A stretch of DNA of 64,000 bases from positions 91 through 64,090 of the forward strand of contig JABWBD010000003.1 of the NCBI GenBank assembly GCA_013360685.1, written 5' to 3'. The notes under the pieces are model-generated. The model worked only from the letters and a program-made list of their open reading frames with translations, was not told the origin of the DNA and searched no databases. The first letter of the stretch is position 1; every line of letters begins with the position of its first letter. This document shows, in pieces, positions 43,970 through 52,137 of this stretch. Made by a program: the position numbers and the translations under genes. Origin of the DNA: Pirellulales bacterium. GTDB lineage: Bacteria > Planctomycetota > Planctomycetia > Pirellulales > Thermoguttaceae.

Positions 43970-45412
43970 ATGCGTATTGCTGCAAGCGTTCTGACTTTGT
44001 TTTGCGTTTCCCTGGCCGGCAATTCTCGCGCTGCGGATCCGGCCTTGCGCCAGCGGGCGGCGGAGGGGCTCAAGAAGGCGGTCGATTCCTTCCAGAACGA
44101 GGTCTCCTGCGAGGGCGGGTATCTCTGGCGCTACAGCGAGGATCTTCAGCGCCGCGAGGGCGAGGGCAAGGCGTCGGCGACGACCGTCTGGGTGCAGCCG
44201 CCCGGCACGCCGTCGGTCGGCATGGCCCTGCTAGGCGCCTACGAAGCCACCGGCGAGGAGCATTATCTCGAGGCGGCGCGGCGAACCGGCATGTGCCTGG
44301 TCCGCGGTCAGCTCGCGTCGGGCGGCTGGGACTACCGCATCGAGTTTGATTCCAAAGAGCGGGCCCGCTATGCCTATCGAGTCGAACCTGCCCAAAAAGG
44401 CAAATTGCGCAATACGAGCACTCTCGACGACGACGCCACGCAGGCGGCCCTGCGGATGCTGATGCGGTTGGACAAGGCCCTGGAGTTTCGGGACGAGAAA
44501 ATCCACGAGGCAGCCATGTTTGCCCTGGCAAGACTGATCGAGGTACAGTATCCTAACGGCGCCTGGCCGCAGCGGTTCGACAGCCCGCCCGATCCGAAGC
44601 AATTCCCGGTCAAGAAGGCGAGCTACCCCGAAAGCTGGTCGCGGACGTATCCGGGGGTCGATTACAAGACGTTCTACACGTTTAACGACAACGCGATGAA
44701 CGACGTGATCGACGTGATGTTCGAGGCATGGCGGACCTACGGCGACGAGAAGTACCGGGCGTCGGCCGAGCTCGCGGGCGGGTTCATTCTTCTGGCCCAG
44801 ATGCCCGATCCGCAGCCCGGCTGGGCCCAGCAGTACAATGCCGACATGCAGCCGGCCTGGGCGCGGAAGTTCGAGCCGCCTTCGATCACTGGCGGAGAGG
44901 CGTACGGCGTCGTGCGGGCACTGTTCCAGCTCTACCGCGAGACGGGCGACAAGAAGTACCTGGAGCCGATCCCGCGGGCGATCGCCTACTACCGCAGTTC
45001 GCTGCTGCCGAACGGCCAACTTGCGCGCTTCTATGAGCTTAAGACGAACCGGCCGCTGTATTTCACCAAGGATTACCAGTTGACCTATAGCGATGCCGAC
45101 ATGCCCACTCATTACGCTTTCAAGACCGGCGACTGGACCGAGTCGGCCCAGCGGCAATACGACCAGTTGGTGAAGCTCTCGCCGGAGCCGTTGCGGCCGG
45201 AGGGGCCGAGGAAGCCGGGGAAGGCCTCAGCGAAGCTCATCTCGCAGGTCGAGTCGGTCCTGTCGGCGATGGACAGCCGCGGGCGGTGGGTCGAGGAGGG
45301 AAAGCTGCACTACCAGGGCGAGAATGATCCGACGCGCAAGGTCATTGACTGCACGACGTTCATCCGAAACGTCGGCGTGCTCAGCGCGTACCTGGCGACC
45401 AAGGGAGATTGA
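43970..45412 (+). CDS. Pectate-lyase PL10 (PelA/Pel-15E)-like secreted protein (putative)
   Basis: ORF 43781..45412. GGAGG RBS and ATG 43970 give signal peptide MRIAASVLTLFCVSLAGNSRAADP. The blocks GGYLWRY, GGWDY, TSTLDDDATQAAL, YPNGAWPQRF, FNDNAMND and GWAQQY resemble the alpha/alpha-toroid PL10 family. Confidence 0.55.
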   Translation: MRIAASVLTLFCVSLAGNSRAADPALRQRAAEGLKKAVDSFQNEVSCEGGYLWRYSEDLQRREGEGKASATTVWVQPPGTPSVGMALLGAYEATGEEHYLEAARRTGMCLVRGQLASGGWDYRIEFDSKERARYAYRVEPAQKGKLRNTSTLDDDATQAALRMLMRLDKALEFRDEKIHEAAMFALARLIEVQYPNGAWPQRFDSPPDPKQFPVKKASYPESWSRTYPGVDYKTFYTFNDNAMNDVIDVMFEAWRTYGDEKYRASAELAGGFILLAQMPDPQPGWAQQYNADMQPAWARKFEPPSITGGEAYGVVRALFQLYRETGDKKYLEPIPRAIAYYRSSLLPNGQLARFYELKTNRPLYFTKDYQLTYSDADMPTHYAFKTGDWTESAQRQYDQLVKLSPEPLRPEGPRKPGKASAKLISQVESVLSAMDSRGRWVEEGKLHYQGENDPTRKVIDCTTFIRNVGVLSAYLATKGD

Positions 45413-45493
45413 GGCGAGCCGAAGCCGTAAGGCTGCGGGTAGTTTGAATCGGCGGCGATGAGAATCTCCTATAGATCCTGTGGGTCTTAGCGG

Positions 45494-45564
45494 CCCTAAC
45501 ATAACCGCGACTGCCCTCACCCCCTGCCCCTCTCCCGAAGCGGGAGAGGGGAGTTGAGTTAGGG
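45494..45564. terminator. Nested hairpin between convergent genes (CCCCTCTCCC-type element)
   Basis: The inner stem is perfect: CCCCTCTCCCG aag CGGGAGAGGGG (45527-45551). The outer stem pairs CCCTAAC (45494-45500) with GTTAGGG (45558-45564). It lies between stop 45412 (+) and stop 45603 (-). Confidence 0.6.
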
Positions 45565-45602
45565 TCTCTTATGAGTCCTATAGAACCGAGAGGAAGGCAT
45601 CC

Positions 45603-45989
45603 CTACGCGCCAGCCGAGCGGTGGAAGTGCACGTGGCGCCAGGTGCCGTTCTTGCGCTGCCAGACGCGGGTTTCCTCGCCACGCGCCGTGACGGGGGCGC
45701 CGGCGGGGTCCAGGCGCTGCACCAGGCGGACGTAGGAGACGACGGCTACGTCGCCCATCAGGCGGACGTGCGGCGAGCACATGGTGGTGTTGACCGGGCC
45801 CTTGCCCACACCTAGGTCGAAGTAGAACTTGTGGAAATCCATGCCTTCCACAAGCTGCCCCCTCGCCTCGGGCTCGAAGGCCGAGATCGTCGGGTCGCAC
45901 AGGGCGGCGTAGGTTTCCCAGTCGCCGGCCGCGATGCTCTCCAGAAGCTGCTGGTTGAGCCGGACCAGTTCGTTAGCGGATGTTTCCAT
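45603..45989 (-). CDS. NTF2-like protein, CaMKII association-domain / DUF4440 type
   Basis: LVRLNQQLLESIAAGDWETYAALCDPTISAFEPEARGQLVEGMDFHKFYFD...ETRVWQRKNGTWRHVHFHRS follows the CaMKII-AD pattern closely. Confidence 0.75.
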   Translation of the reverse strand: METSANELVRLNQQLLESIAAGDWETYAALCDPTISAFEPEARGQLVEGMDFHKFYFDLGVGKGPVNTTMCSPHVRLMGDVAVVSYVRLVQRLDPAGAPVTARGEETRVWQRKNGTWRHVHFHRSAGA

Positions 45990-46010
45990 GACAGACGTGC
46001 TTCCTCGCAG

Positions 46011-46907
46011 TTAAACCTGGGTTTGAAGGATTCCCAATTGCACTAATTTCGCCCGGCACTCGTCGCGCTCGCGGCAGCGGGTCAGGCTGGCCCAGCTTGG
46101 ATCCTGCGCGGCGAGAAAGGCATCTTCCGTGGCGGGGATGCTGTTCGACTGCACCAGCCTCGCGATCACCTCGCGATCCAACCGCGTGAGGTGCATCGCG
46201 TCCAGCCGATAATCGACGAACGCTTCCCAGACGGTCGGAAACAGCGGCTGGACGATCTTCTGCCCGATGGCCTGCGCGTATTGCCGGATCTCCTGCTGGG
46301 CGTGCACGTCCATCCGCAGGGCAAGGAAGTGCAGCAGGTTGTGCAGGTCGATCTTCCAGTAGGCCTCGGTATAGGTGGAGAGGGGAAGATCCTTGCGGGC
46401 CTGCTCGCGCGCGACGCCCAGCGCCAGCCGCCGCTGGTACATCGCGCGCGACTGCTTCTGGAACTCAACCTCCTCCGCGGTGAGATCGGCGCCGAGCTGC
46501 TCGTCGAGCACGCCCTCGCTCCCCTGGCGATTGCCGGCCGCCTGCAAGCGCCAGCCGTCGGGCGGAGTGGTCTGGGCGGCGTCGATGGCGACCGAGTAGC
46601 GGGTGCTGTACTCGTTGGTCGAGGCCATGCGGTGCCGGATCCATTGCCGCCAGCAATCCATCGGCACCCGGACCAAGAGCTTTACCTCCACCATCTCGAA
46701 GGGCGTGGTGTGCTGGTGCCGGAGAAGGTAGCGGATGAGGGTACGGTCGTCGGAGACGCGGCGGGTCCCCTCGCCATAGCTCACGCGAGCCGCTTGAACG
46801 ATCGCTTCGTCGTCGCCCATCGCGTCGACGAGGCAGACAAAACCGTCGTCCAGCACCGGGAACTTCTTCCACCGCAACTGTTCGAGGAGGGCGAGGTTGC
46901 TGGGCAT
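46011..46907 (-). CDS. thyX: FAD-dependent thymidylate synthase
   Basis: The ThyX signature RHRMASTNEYSTRYS (RHRxxSxxxxSxRY) is present, together with the N-terminus VLDDGFVCLVDAMGDDEAIVQAARVSYG. ATG 46907 has GGAG 8 nt upstream; ATG 46952 is possible. Confidence 0.9.
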   Translation of the reverse strand: MPSNLALLEQLRWKKFPVLDDGFVCLVDAMGDDEAIVQAARVSYGEGTRRVSDDRTLIRYLLRHQHTTPFEMVEVKLLVRVPMDCWRQWIRHRMASTNEYSTRYSVAIDAAQTTPPDGWRLQAAGNRQGSEGVLDEQLGADLTAEEVEFQKQSRAMYQRRLALGVAREQARKDLPLSTYTEAYWKIDLHNLLHFLALRMDVHAQQEIRQYAQAIGQKIVQPLFPTVWEAFVDYRLDAMHLTRLDREVIARLVQSNSIPATEDAFLAAQDPSWASLTRCRERDECRAKLVQLGILQTQV

Positions 46908-47074
46908 CCGTGAGGCTCCGCTGGCAGGGAACTTCGGCAGCAAAGTACCCATTGTACCGGAGGACGGCGGTCAAGCCAGGGGCAGCGGGCCTGACGCACG
47001 TTGGTGTGCCTGTGGGACGGCCTTCCAGGCTGTTGTGACGGCCTGGGAAGGCTGCCGTCCTACAACCGGTCGCG

Positions 47075-47332
47075 TTACTGTTCCATCAGTTCCTGGACGA
47101 GGCTGGCCAGCAGCGCCGGGTTGTCGGCTTGGACCAGGTGGTCGATGCGGCTCTGCGACACACCCGCTTTCTGAAGGGCGGGAAGAAGCTGTTTCCACAC
47201 GCGCTGGCGGGCCTTGCCCTCGGCCAGGTAGAGGTCGGTCACCAGCTCGCTCAGCCGCTGCAGTCCGATGGCGTCGCGGTTCTGATAGTAGTTCCGGATG
47301 ATGCGATCTTGGTAGGCGGATCGTTTGGCCAT
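47075..47332 (-). CDS. Small conserved hypothetical protein (85 aa)
   Basis: Track ORF 47075..47623 is over-extended. The coding-looking part starts at ATG 47332: MAKRSAYQDRIIRNYYQNRDAIGLQRLSELVTDLYLAEGKARQRVWKQLLPALQKAG... No motif was assigned. Confidence 0.45.
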   Translation of the reverse strand: MAKRSAYQDRIIRNYYQNRDAIGLQRLSELVTDLYLAEGKARQRVWKQLLPALQKAGVSQSRIDHLVQADNPALLASLVQELMEQ

Positions 47333-47504
47333 GCGTCGGCGACAACTCCTTGGACGGGTAGGATAACACGGATCGACAGGCTCGGTGAATGATAGAGTTT
47401 TCGGCACTCCCTGCCAGCCGCCATCATGGAAAGCTGCGGCACAACGTGCCGGGATGCTTGCTTGCCCCTTCCGCCTTCCGCCCGGTTTTCCTACCATTCT
47501 CCCC

Positions 47505-49124
47505 ATGACCGACGCAAAGCGACATCCACTCATCCGCGGGGCGAGCGTTACCAGCCTGGGCACCCTCGCAAGCCGGGTGCTGGGCATGGTCCGCGACATG
47601 GCCACAGCGGCCGTATTCGGCATGTCGGGCGGGGGGGTGATGGACGCTTTTGTCCTCGCCTTCCGGATCCCGAACCTCTTCCGGCGACTCTTTGGGGAAG
47701 GGGCCTTGGCTGCGAGCTACCTGCCGGTCCTGTCGGCGGAACTGGAACACGATCGGCGGACGGCCTGGCAATTGGTGAGCGTCGGCTTGGTCTGGCTGAC
47801 GGTGGTGTTGGCCCTGCTGGTCGTCGTGCTGGAGGCCGGGCTGGCGGCAATCTGGATCGTTTGGGGCGACGTGCCGCGGGTACGGCTGGTCGTGGGGCTT
47901 TCGGCCGTGATGATGCCCTACCTCGTCTTCGTCTGCCTGGCCGCGCAGGTGTCGGCCACACTGCATGCCGTGGGACGGTTTGGCGTGGCGGCTTTGTCTC
48001 CCTGCCTCTTGAACATCGCCTGGATTGCGGCGGTTTGGGGCGCGGCCCCGTATTTCGCACACGACGACGAGGTCCAGACGTATATCCTGGCCGTGGCGGT
48101 GATGATCGGCGGGGTGCTGCAACTTGTGGTGCAACTGCCGGAGCTGCACGCGGCCGGTTTCCGCTTCGACTACGCCTGGGCCAATGTCCGCGACCCGATC
48201 GTCCGGATTCTTCGCGCGATTTTTCCCATGGTGCTTGGTCTGACGATCACCCAGATCAATACGCTCATGGACAGCCTCATTGCCTGGGCCCTTTCCTCGG
48301 CACCGGCGGGGCCGGAGCGGATCGCCTGGCTGCCGGGGGAGCCCGATTACCCGATGCAGCAAGGCGCCGTGGCCGCGATCTACTTCGGCGAGCGGCTCTA
48401 TCAGTTTCCGCTGGGGTTGTTGGGCCTGGCGGTGGCCACGGCGATTTTCCCGTTGCTCAGCCGCCATGCGGCGCGCGGCGACCGCGAGAAGCTTGGCGAC
48501 GATCTGACGTTGGGATGCCGCCTGGTGCTGTTTCTCGGCGTGCCGGCCAGCGCCGGGCTGGTGCTCCTGGCGGGGCCGATCACGCAACTGCTGTTTGAGC
48601 GGGGAGAGTTTACGTCGGACGACGCGGTGCGCGCGGCGAGGATGATCGCGACCTACGGCGCCGGGGTCTGGGCCTACTGCGCGCTGCACGTCGTGGTCCG
48701 CGGATTCTACGCCATGGGCGATCGGGTCACGCCGATGAAGGTCGGCGCCGCGGTCGTGGTGTTGAATTTCGCGCTGAACCTGGTCCTGGTCTGGCCGCTC
48801 GCTGAAGCCGGGCTGGCCCTGGCGACCTCGCTGACGGCCGGGCTCCAAGTTCTCCTGCTCATGATCGTTTTCTCGCGCCGTAGGAGCCATCTTGGTTGGC
48901 GTCTGCTGATCGCAACCGCGGCACGCACCGCCCTGGCTACCGTCCTGATGACGGCGGCCGGCTATGCGACGCTTGCCTGGCTGCCGGGCAACGGGGGCCT
49001 GGTCGGCCAGTTCGGCCGCGTCGTCCTGCCGCTGGGCACGAGTTCGGCCGTTTATTTCGCAGTCATTGCGATTCTGGGGCCCGGCGAGTTGCGGATGGTG
49101 TATGGTATGGAAAGAAGGTCGTAG
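47505..49124 (+). CDS. murJ: Lipid II flippase MurJ (MviN)
   Basis: ORF 47385..49124, start moved to ATG 47505. SVTSLGTLASRVLGMVRDMATAAVFG...FRIPNLFRRLFGEGALAASYLPVLS is the MurJ N-terminal signature. The protein is multi-TM throughout. Confidence 0.9.
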   Translation: MTDAKRHPLIRGASVTSLGTLASRVLGMVRDMATAAVFGMSGGGVMDAFVLAFRIPNLFRRLFGEGALAASYLPVLSAELEHDRRTAWQLVSVGLVWLTVVLALLVVVLEAGLAAIWIVWGDVPRVRLVVGLSAVMMPYLVFVCLAAQVSATLHAVGRFGVAALSPCLLNIAWIAAVWGAAPYFAHDDEVQTYILAVAVMIGGVLQLVVQLPELHAAGFRFDYAWANVRDPIVRILRAIFPMVLGLTITQINTLMDSLIAWALSSAPAGPERIAWLPGEPDYPMQQGAVAAIYFGERLYQFPLGLLGLAVATAIFPLLSRHAARGDREKLGDDLTLGCRLVLFLGVPASAGLVLLAGPITQLLFERGEFTSDDAVRAARMIATYGAGVWAYCALHVVVRGFYAMGDRVTPMKVGAAVVVLNFALNLVLVWPLAEAGLALATSLTAGLQVLLLMIVFSRRRSHLGWRLLIATAARTALATVLMTAAGYATLAWLPGNGGLVGQFGRVVLPLGTSSAVYFAVIAILGPGELRMVYGMERRS

Positions 49125-49158
49125 GAGAAGACAAGGGCCCACGGATAGCAGCGCCGGA

Positions 49159-49186
49159 CCACGGATGAAGAGGAGAACATCCGTGG
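49159..49186 (+). terminator. Hairpin downstream of murJ
   Basis: CCACGGATG (49159-49167), a 10-nt loop, then CATCCGTGG (49178-49186), 35 nt after the murJ stop. There is no U-tract. Confidence 0.4.
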
Positions 49187-49204
49187 TGCGGTGCTGCCGG
49201 TGTG

Positions 49205-49353
49205 CCATCCCTGCTTGGGATGGAGTGGGCTGTCCATGCGAGCGGAGGTGTCAACCATCCCAAGCAGTGCCGAGCGTTTGAACCAATGCGGCCGCACTGC
49301 TTGGAGTTGTGGCAAGCCTTGTTCGGGTGGCAAATCGGTACAACTCCAAGCAG
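49205..49353. repeat. Pair of CTGCTTGG long-loop hairpin repeats (upstream flank of the GHL10 gene)
   Basis: H1 pairs CTGCTTGGGATGG (49211-49223) with CCATCCCAAGCAG (49255-49267), 31-nt loop. H2 pairs CTGCTTGGAGTTGT (49297-49310) with ACAACTCCAAGCAG (49340-49353), 29-nt loop. Confidence 0.85.
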
Positions 49354-49451
49354 CGATGCCACACCCAATCGCATCCACTCGCGCCGCGCGTTACAATGGG
49401 CGGACCACAAGGACCGTTTCGCTTCGATTTCCCGCCTGAAGGAGACCTGCC

Positions 49452-51857
49452 GTGACATTGCCTTCCCTGATGCTGCTGGTGGCGATGGGAGCCGCCGCGC
49501 ACGAAAAAGCCATCGATGCGTTCGACTACGCCGGCGCGGCCGCCGCGCGCCAGGCCTGGGTTGCCTCGGACGGAACGCCCGCACCGACGGTCGTGGAGCA
49601 TTCCGGCCGGAAGATGCTGGAATTCGAGGCGCCGTTCGCCGGCAAGCCGGACCTGCCGCGGACGATCCTCGACCGCGACGTGAAACTCGACCTCTCCGTG
49701 CCCGGCGAGTTTACGCTGGATCTGGCCGCGGAGAATGTCGAGGCAGTCGGATCGGTGAACCTCTATTTTCGCAGCGGCGGCGGTTGGTATTCGGCCGGCG
49801 CGGGGCTGCACAAGACGGGCTGGCAGACGCTGCGTTTCTCCAAGGCGTCGTTCCGCACCGAGCAAAAACCGGCCGGTTGGCACAAGATCGACGGCATCCG
49901 CATCTCCGTCTGGCGAGGCCAGAAAAAGGACTCTCGCGTTCGCCTGGCGAGGCTGGCCGCCAAGTACCACGACGTAGCCCTGGTCATTCCCGCGGCCGGG
50001 TCGCGAGACGATGGAGAGTCGCGCGCGGCTTTGGACACGGCGGAGACGGTCGGCAGCATACTCTCGGAACTGGGGCTGGGGTCCGATGCGGTGGAAGACA
50101 CCGCGGTTGCGCGGGGGGCACTAGGCGACCGCCTTGTCGCCATTCTGGCCTACAACCCCGAGATCGGCGAAGAGGCGGTCCAGGGCCTGGTCCGGTTTGT
50201 CGAAAAGGGCGGCAAAGTGCTGGCATGTTATCAGTTGCCCGCGCCCTTGGCGAAGGCCCTTGGGTTTGATCGGGCGCAGTACCTGAAGGAAAAAGCGGGC
50301 ACATTCGCCCAGATCCGTTTCGACGGCGAGATCCCGGGGATGCCGCAGTCGGTCAAACAGGCGTCGTGGAACATCACGACGGCCAAACCGGCCGGGCACA
50401 ACGCCCAGGTGGTCGGCTGGTGGTTCAACGAGGAAGGCAAGCCGACCAATCAGCCGGCGCTGCTGGTGAGCGACAGGGGCGCTTTTTTCACGCATATCAT
50501 TTTGTCCGACGACTATGCCGCCAAGAAGCAGATGCTGGCGGCCCTGCTCGGCAAGTTGGCGTCGCCGCTCTGGGAGCAGATGGCCAGAAGCGAGTCGGAA
50601 CAGGTCGTTCGCGTCGGGCATCTCGATAGTCTTGGCGGACTGGAGCAGTTCGTGAAATCGGCGAGGAATTCCGCTGCCGCCGAGCGGCTCGAAGCGGCCG
50701 CGAAGGCGATGGAGGCGGCGAAGGCGAAGTATGCCGACCGCCAGTACCCGCAATCGATCGAGTCGGCCCGCAAGGCCCACGAACTCCTGGTCGAGGCGTA
50801 TCTGCGGTCGATGCCCAGTTCGGTGAAGGAAGGGCGGGCGTGGTGGAACCATTCGGGCACCGGGGCGTATCCGGGCGACTGGGACCGCACCTGCAAGGAA
50901 TTGGCCGCCGGCGGCTTCAACATGATTTTACCGAATATGCTCTGGGGCGGACTGGCCCACTATCCAAGCGAGATCCTGCCACAGAGCTCCACGTACCAGG
51001 AACTCGGCGACCAGATCGAGCAGTGTCTGAAGGCGGCGAAGAAGTACGGCCTCGAGGTGCACGTGTGGAAGGTGAACCACAACCTGTCGAATGCCCCGAA
51101 GGATTTTATTGAGAAGCTCCGCCGGGAAGGCCGCACGCAGGTCAATGTCCGCGGCGAGCCGCACGACTGGATCTGCCCTTCGCACCCCGAGAACCAGAAA
51201 CTCGAACGGGAGAGCATGCTGGAAGTGGCTCGCAAGTACGACGTGGATGGGCTGCACTTCGACTACATCCGCTACCCCGACCGCGAGTTGTGTTATTGCG
51301 ACGGTTGCCGCGAGCGCTTTCAGGCCAACGCCGGGGTGAAGGCGGCGAACTGGCCGCAGGACTGTTACTCGGGACCGCTCAAGGACAAGTACCACGACTG
51401 GCGGTGCGAGCAGATCACGAAGCTGGTGGCGTCGGTCTACCAGGAAGCGAAGAAGATCAAGCCTTCGATCCAGATCTCGGCCGCCGTCTTCGGCTCGTAC
51501 CCCGATTGCCGCATCTCCGTCGGCCAGGACTGGGTCCAATGGGCGAAGGCCGGCTATGTCGACTTCCTCTGCCCGATGGACTACACCGACAGCGACCAGC
51601 GGTTCATCAACCTGGTGAGCGAGCAGCTTCGGCTGGTCGAGGGCAAGGTGCCGCTGTATTCGGGGATCGGAGCGACGTCGTCCAGCTCGACGCTGCCGCC
51701 CGACCGCGTCGCCGGCCAGGCCCACCACGCCCGCGCCCTCGGCGCAGCCGGCTTCACGATTTTCAATCTCAGCCAGGGCACGCTGGAGGCAATCGGTCCC
51801 GGTTTTGCTCTCGGCGCCGGCCTGCAAAAGGCGGTGCCGGTGCATGCAAAGAAGTAG
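49452..51857 (+). CDS. Glycoside-hydrolase-like family 10 (GHL10/DUF187, YngK-type) protein, secreted
   Basis: AAGGAG RBS and GTG 49452 give signal peptide MTLPSLMLLVAMGAAAHE. YDVDGLHFDYIRYPD and DFLCPMDY are characteristic GHL10 TIM-barrel blocks. Confidence 0.7.
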   Translation: MTLPSLMLLVAMGAAAHEKAIDAFDYAGAAAARQAWVASDGTPAPTVVEHSGRKMLEFEAPFAGKPDLPRTILDRDVKLDLSVPGEFTLDLAAENVEAVGSVNLYFRSGGGWYSAGAGLHKTGWQTLRFSKASFRTEQKPAGWHKIDGIRISVWRGQKKDSRVRLARLAAKYHDVALVIPAAGSRDDGESRAALDTAETVGSILSELGLGSDAVEDTAVARGALGDRLVAILAYNPEIGEEAVQGLVRFVEKGGKVLACYQLPAPLAKALGFDRAQYLKEKAGTFAQIRFDGEIPGMPQSVKQASWNITTAKPAGHNAQVVGWWFNEEGKPTNQPALLVSDRGAFFTHIILSDDYAAKKQMLAALLGKLASPLWEQMARSESEQVVRVGHLDSLGGLEQFVKSARNSAAAERLEAAAKAMEAAKAKYADRQYPQSIESARKAHELLVEAYLRSMPSSVKEGRAWWNHSGTGAYPGDWDRTCKELAAGGFNMILPNMLWGGLAHYPSEILPQSSTYQELGDQIEQCLKAAKKYGLEVHVWKVNHNLSNAPKDFIEKLRREGRTQVNVRGEPHDWICPSHPENQKLERESMLEVARKYDVDGLHFDYIRYPDRELCYCDGCRERFQANAGVKAANWPQDCYSGPLKDKYHDWRCEQITKLVASVYQEAKKIKPSIQISAAVFGSYPDCRISVGQDWVQWAKAGYVDFLCPMDYTDSDQRFINLVSEQLRLVEGKVPLYSGIGATSSSSTLPPDRVAGQAHHARALGAAGFTIFNLSQGTLEAIGPGFALGAGLQKAVPVHAKK

Positions 51858-51867
51858 CCATGGGTGT

Positions 51868-52086
51868 GCCACTGCTTGGGATTGGACGGATTTGCCATTT
51901 GGACAGACGTGCCACAATCCCAAGCAGTGGGCAGCGCGGACGAGGCCGCCCAAACCACACCTGCCTGCGCGATGCCGTCTGGGCTGGTGCGAGCAGAGGG
52001 CAGCGTCGACGGAGCAGCCGAGCTGCACTGCTCGGAGTTGTGGTAAAGCCGTGCCCAATGGAGAATCCGTTCAACTCCGAGCAGTG
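51868..52086. repeat. Pair of CTGCTYGG long-loop hairpin repeats (downstream flank of the GHL10 gene)
   Basis: H3 pairs CCACTGCTTGGGATTG (51869-51884) with CAATCCCAAGCAGTGG (51915-51930), 30-nt loop. H4 pairs CACTGCTCGGAGTTG (52026-52040) with CAACTCCGAGCAGTG (52072-52086), 31-nt loop. Confidence 0.85.
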
Positions 52087-52137
52087 GCACACGAAGTGTG
52101 AGGAGCGAAGAGAACTGGAATCTTGGAGGCTATTGCT

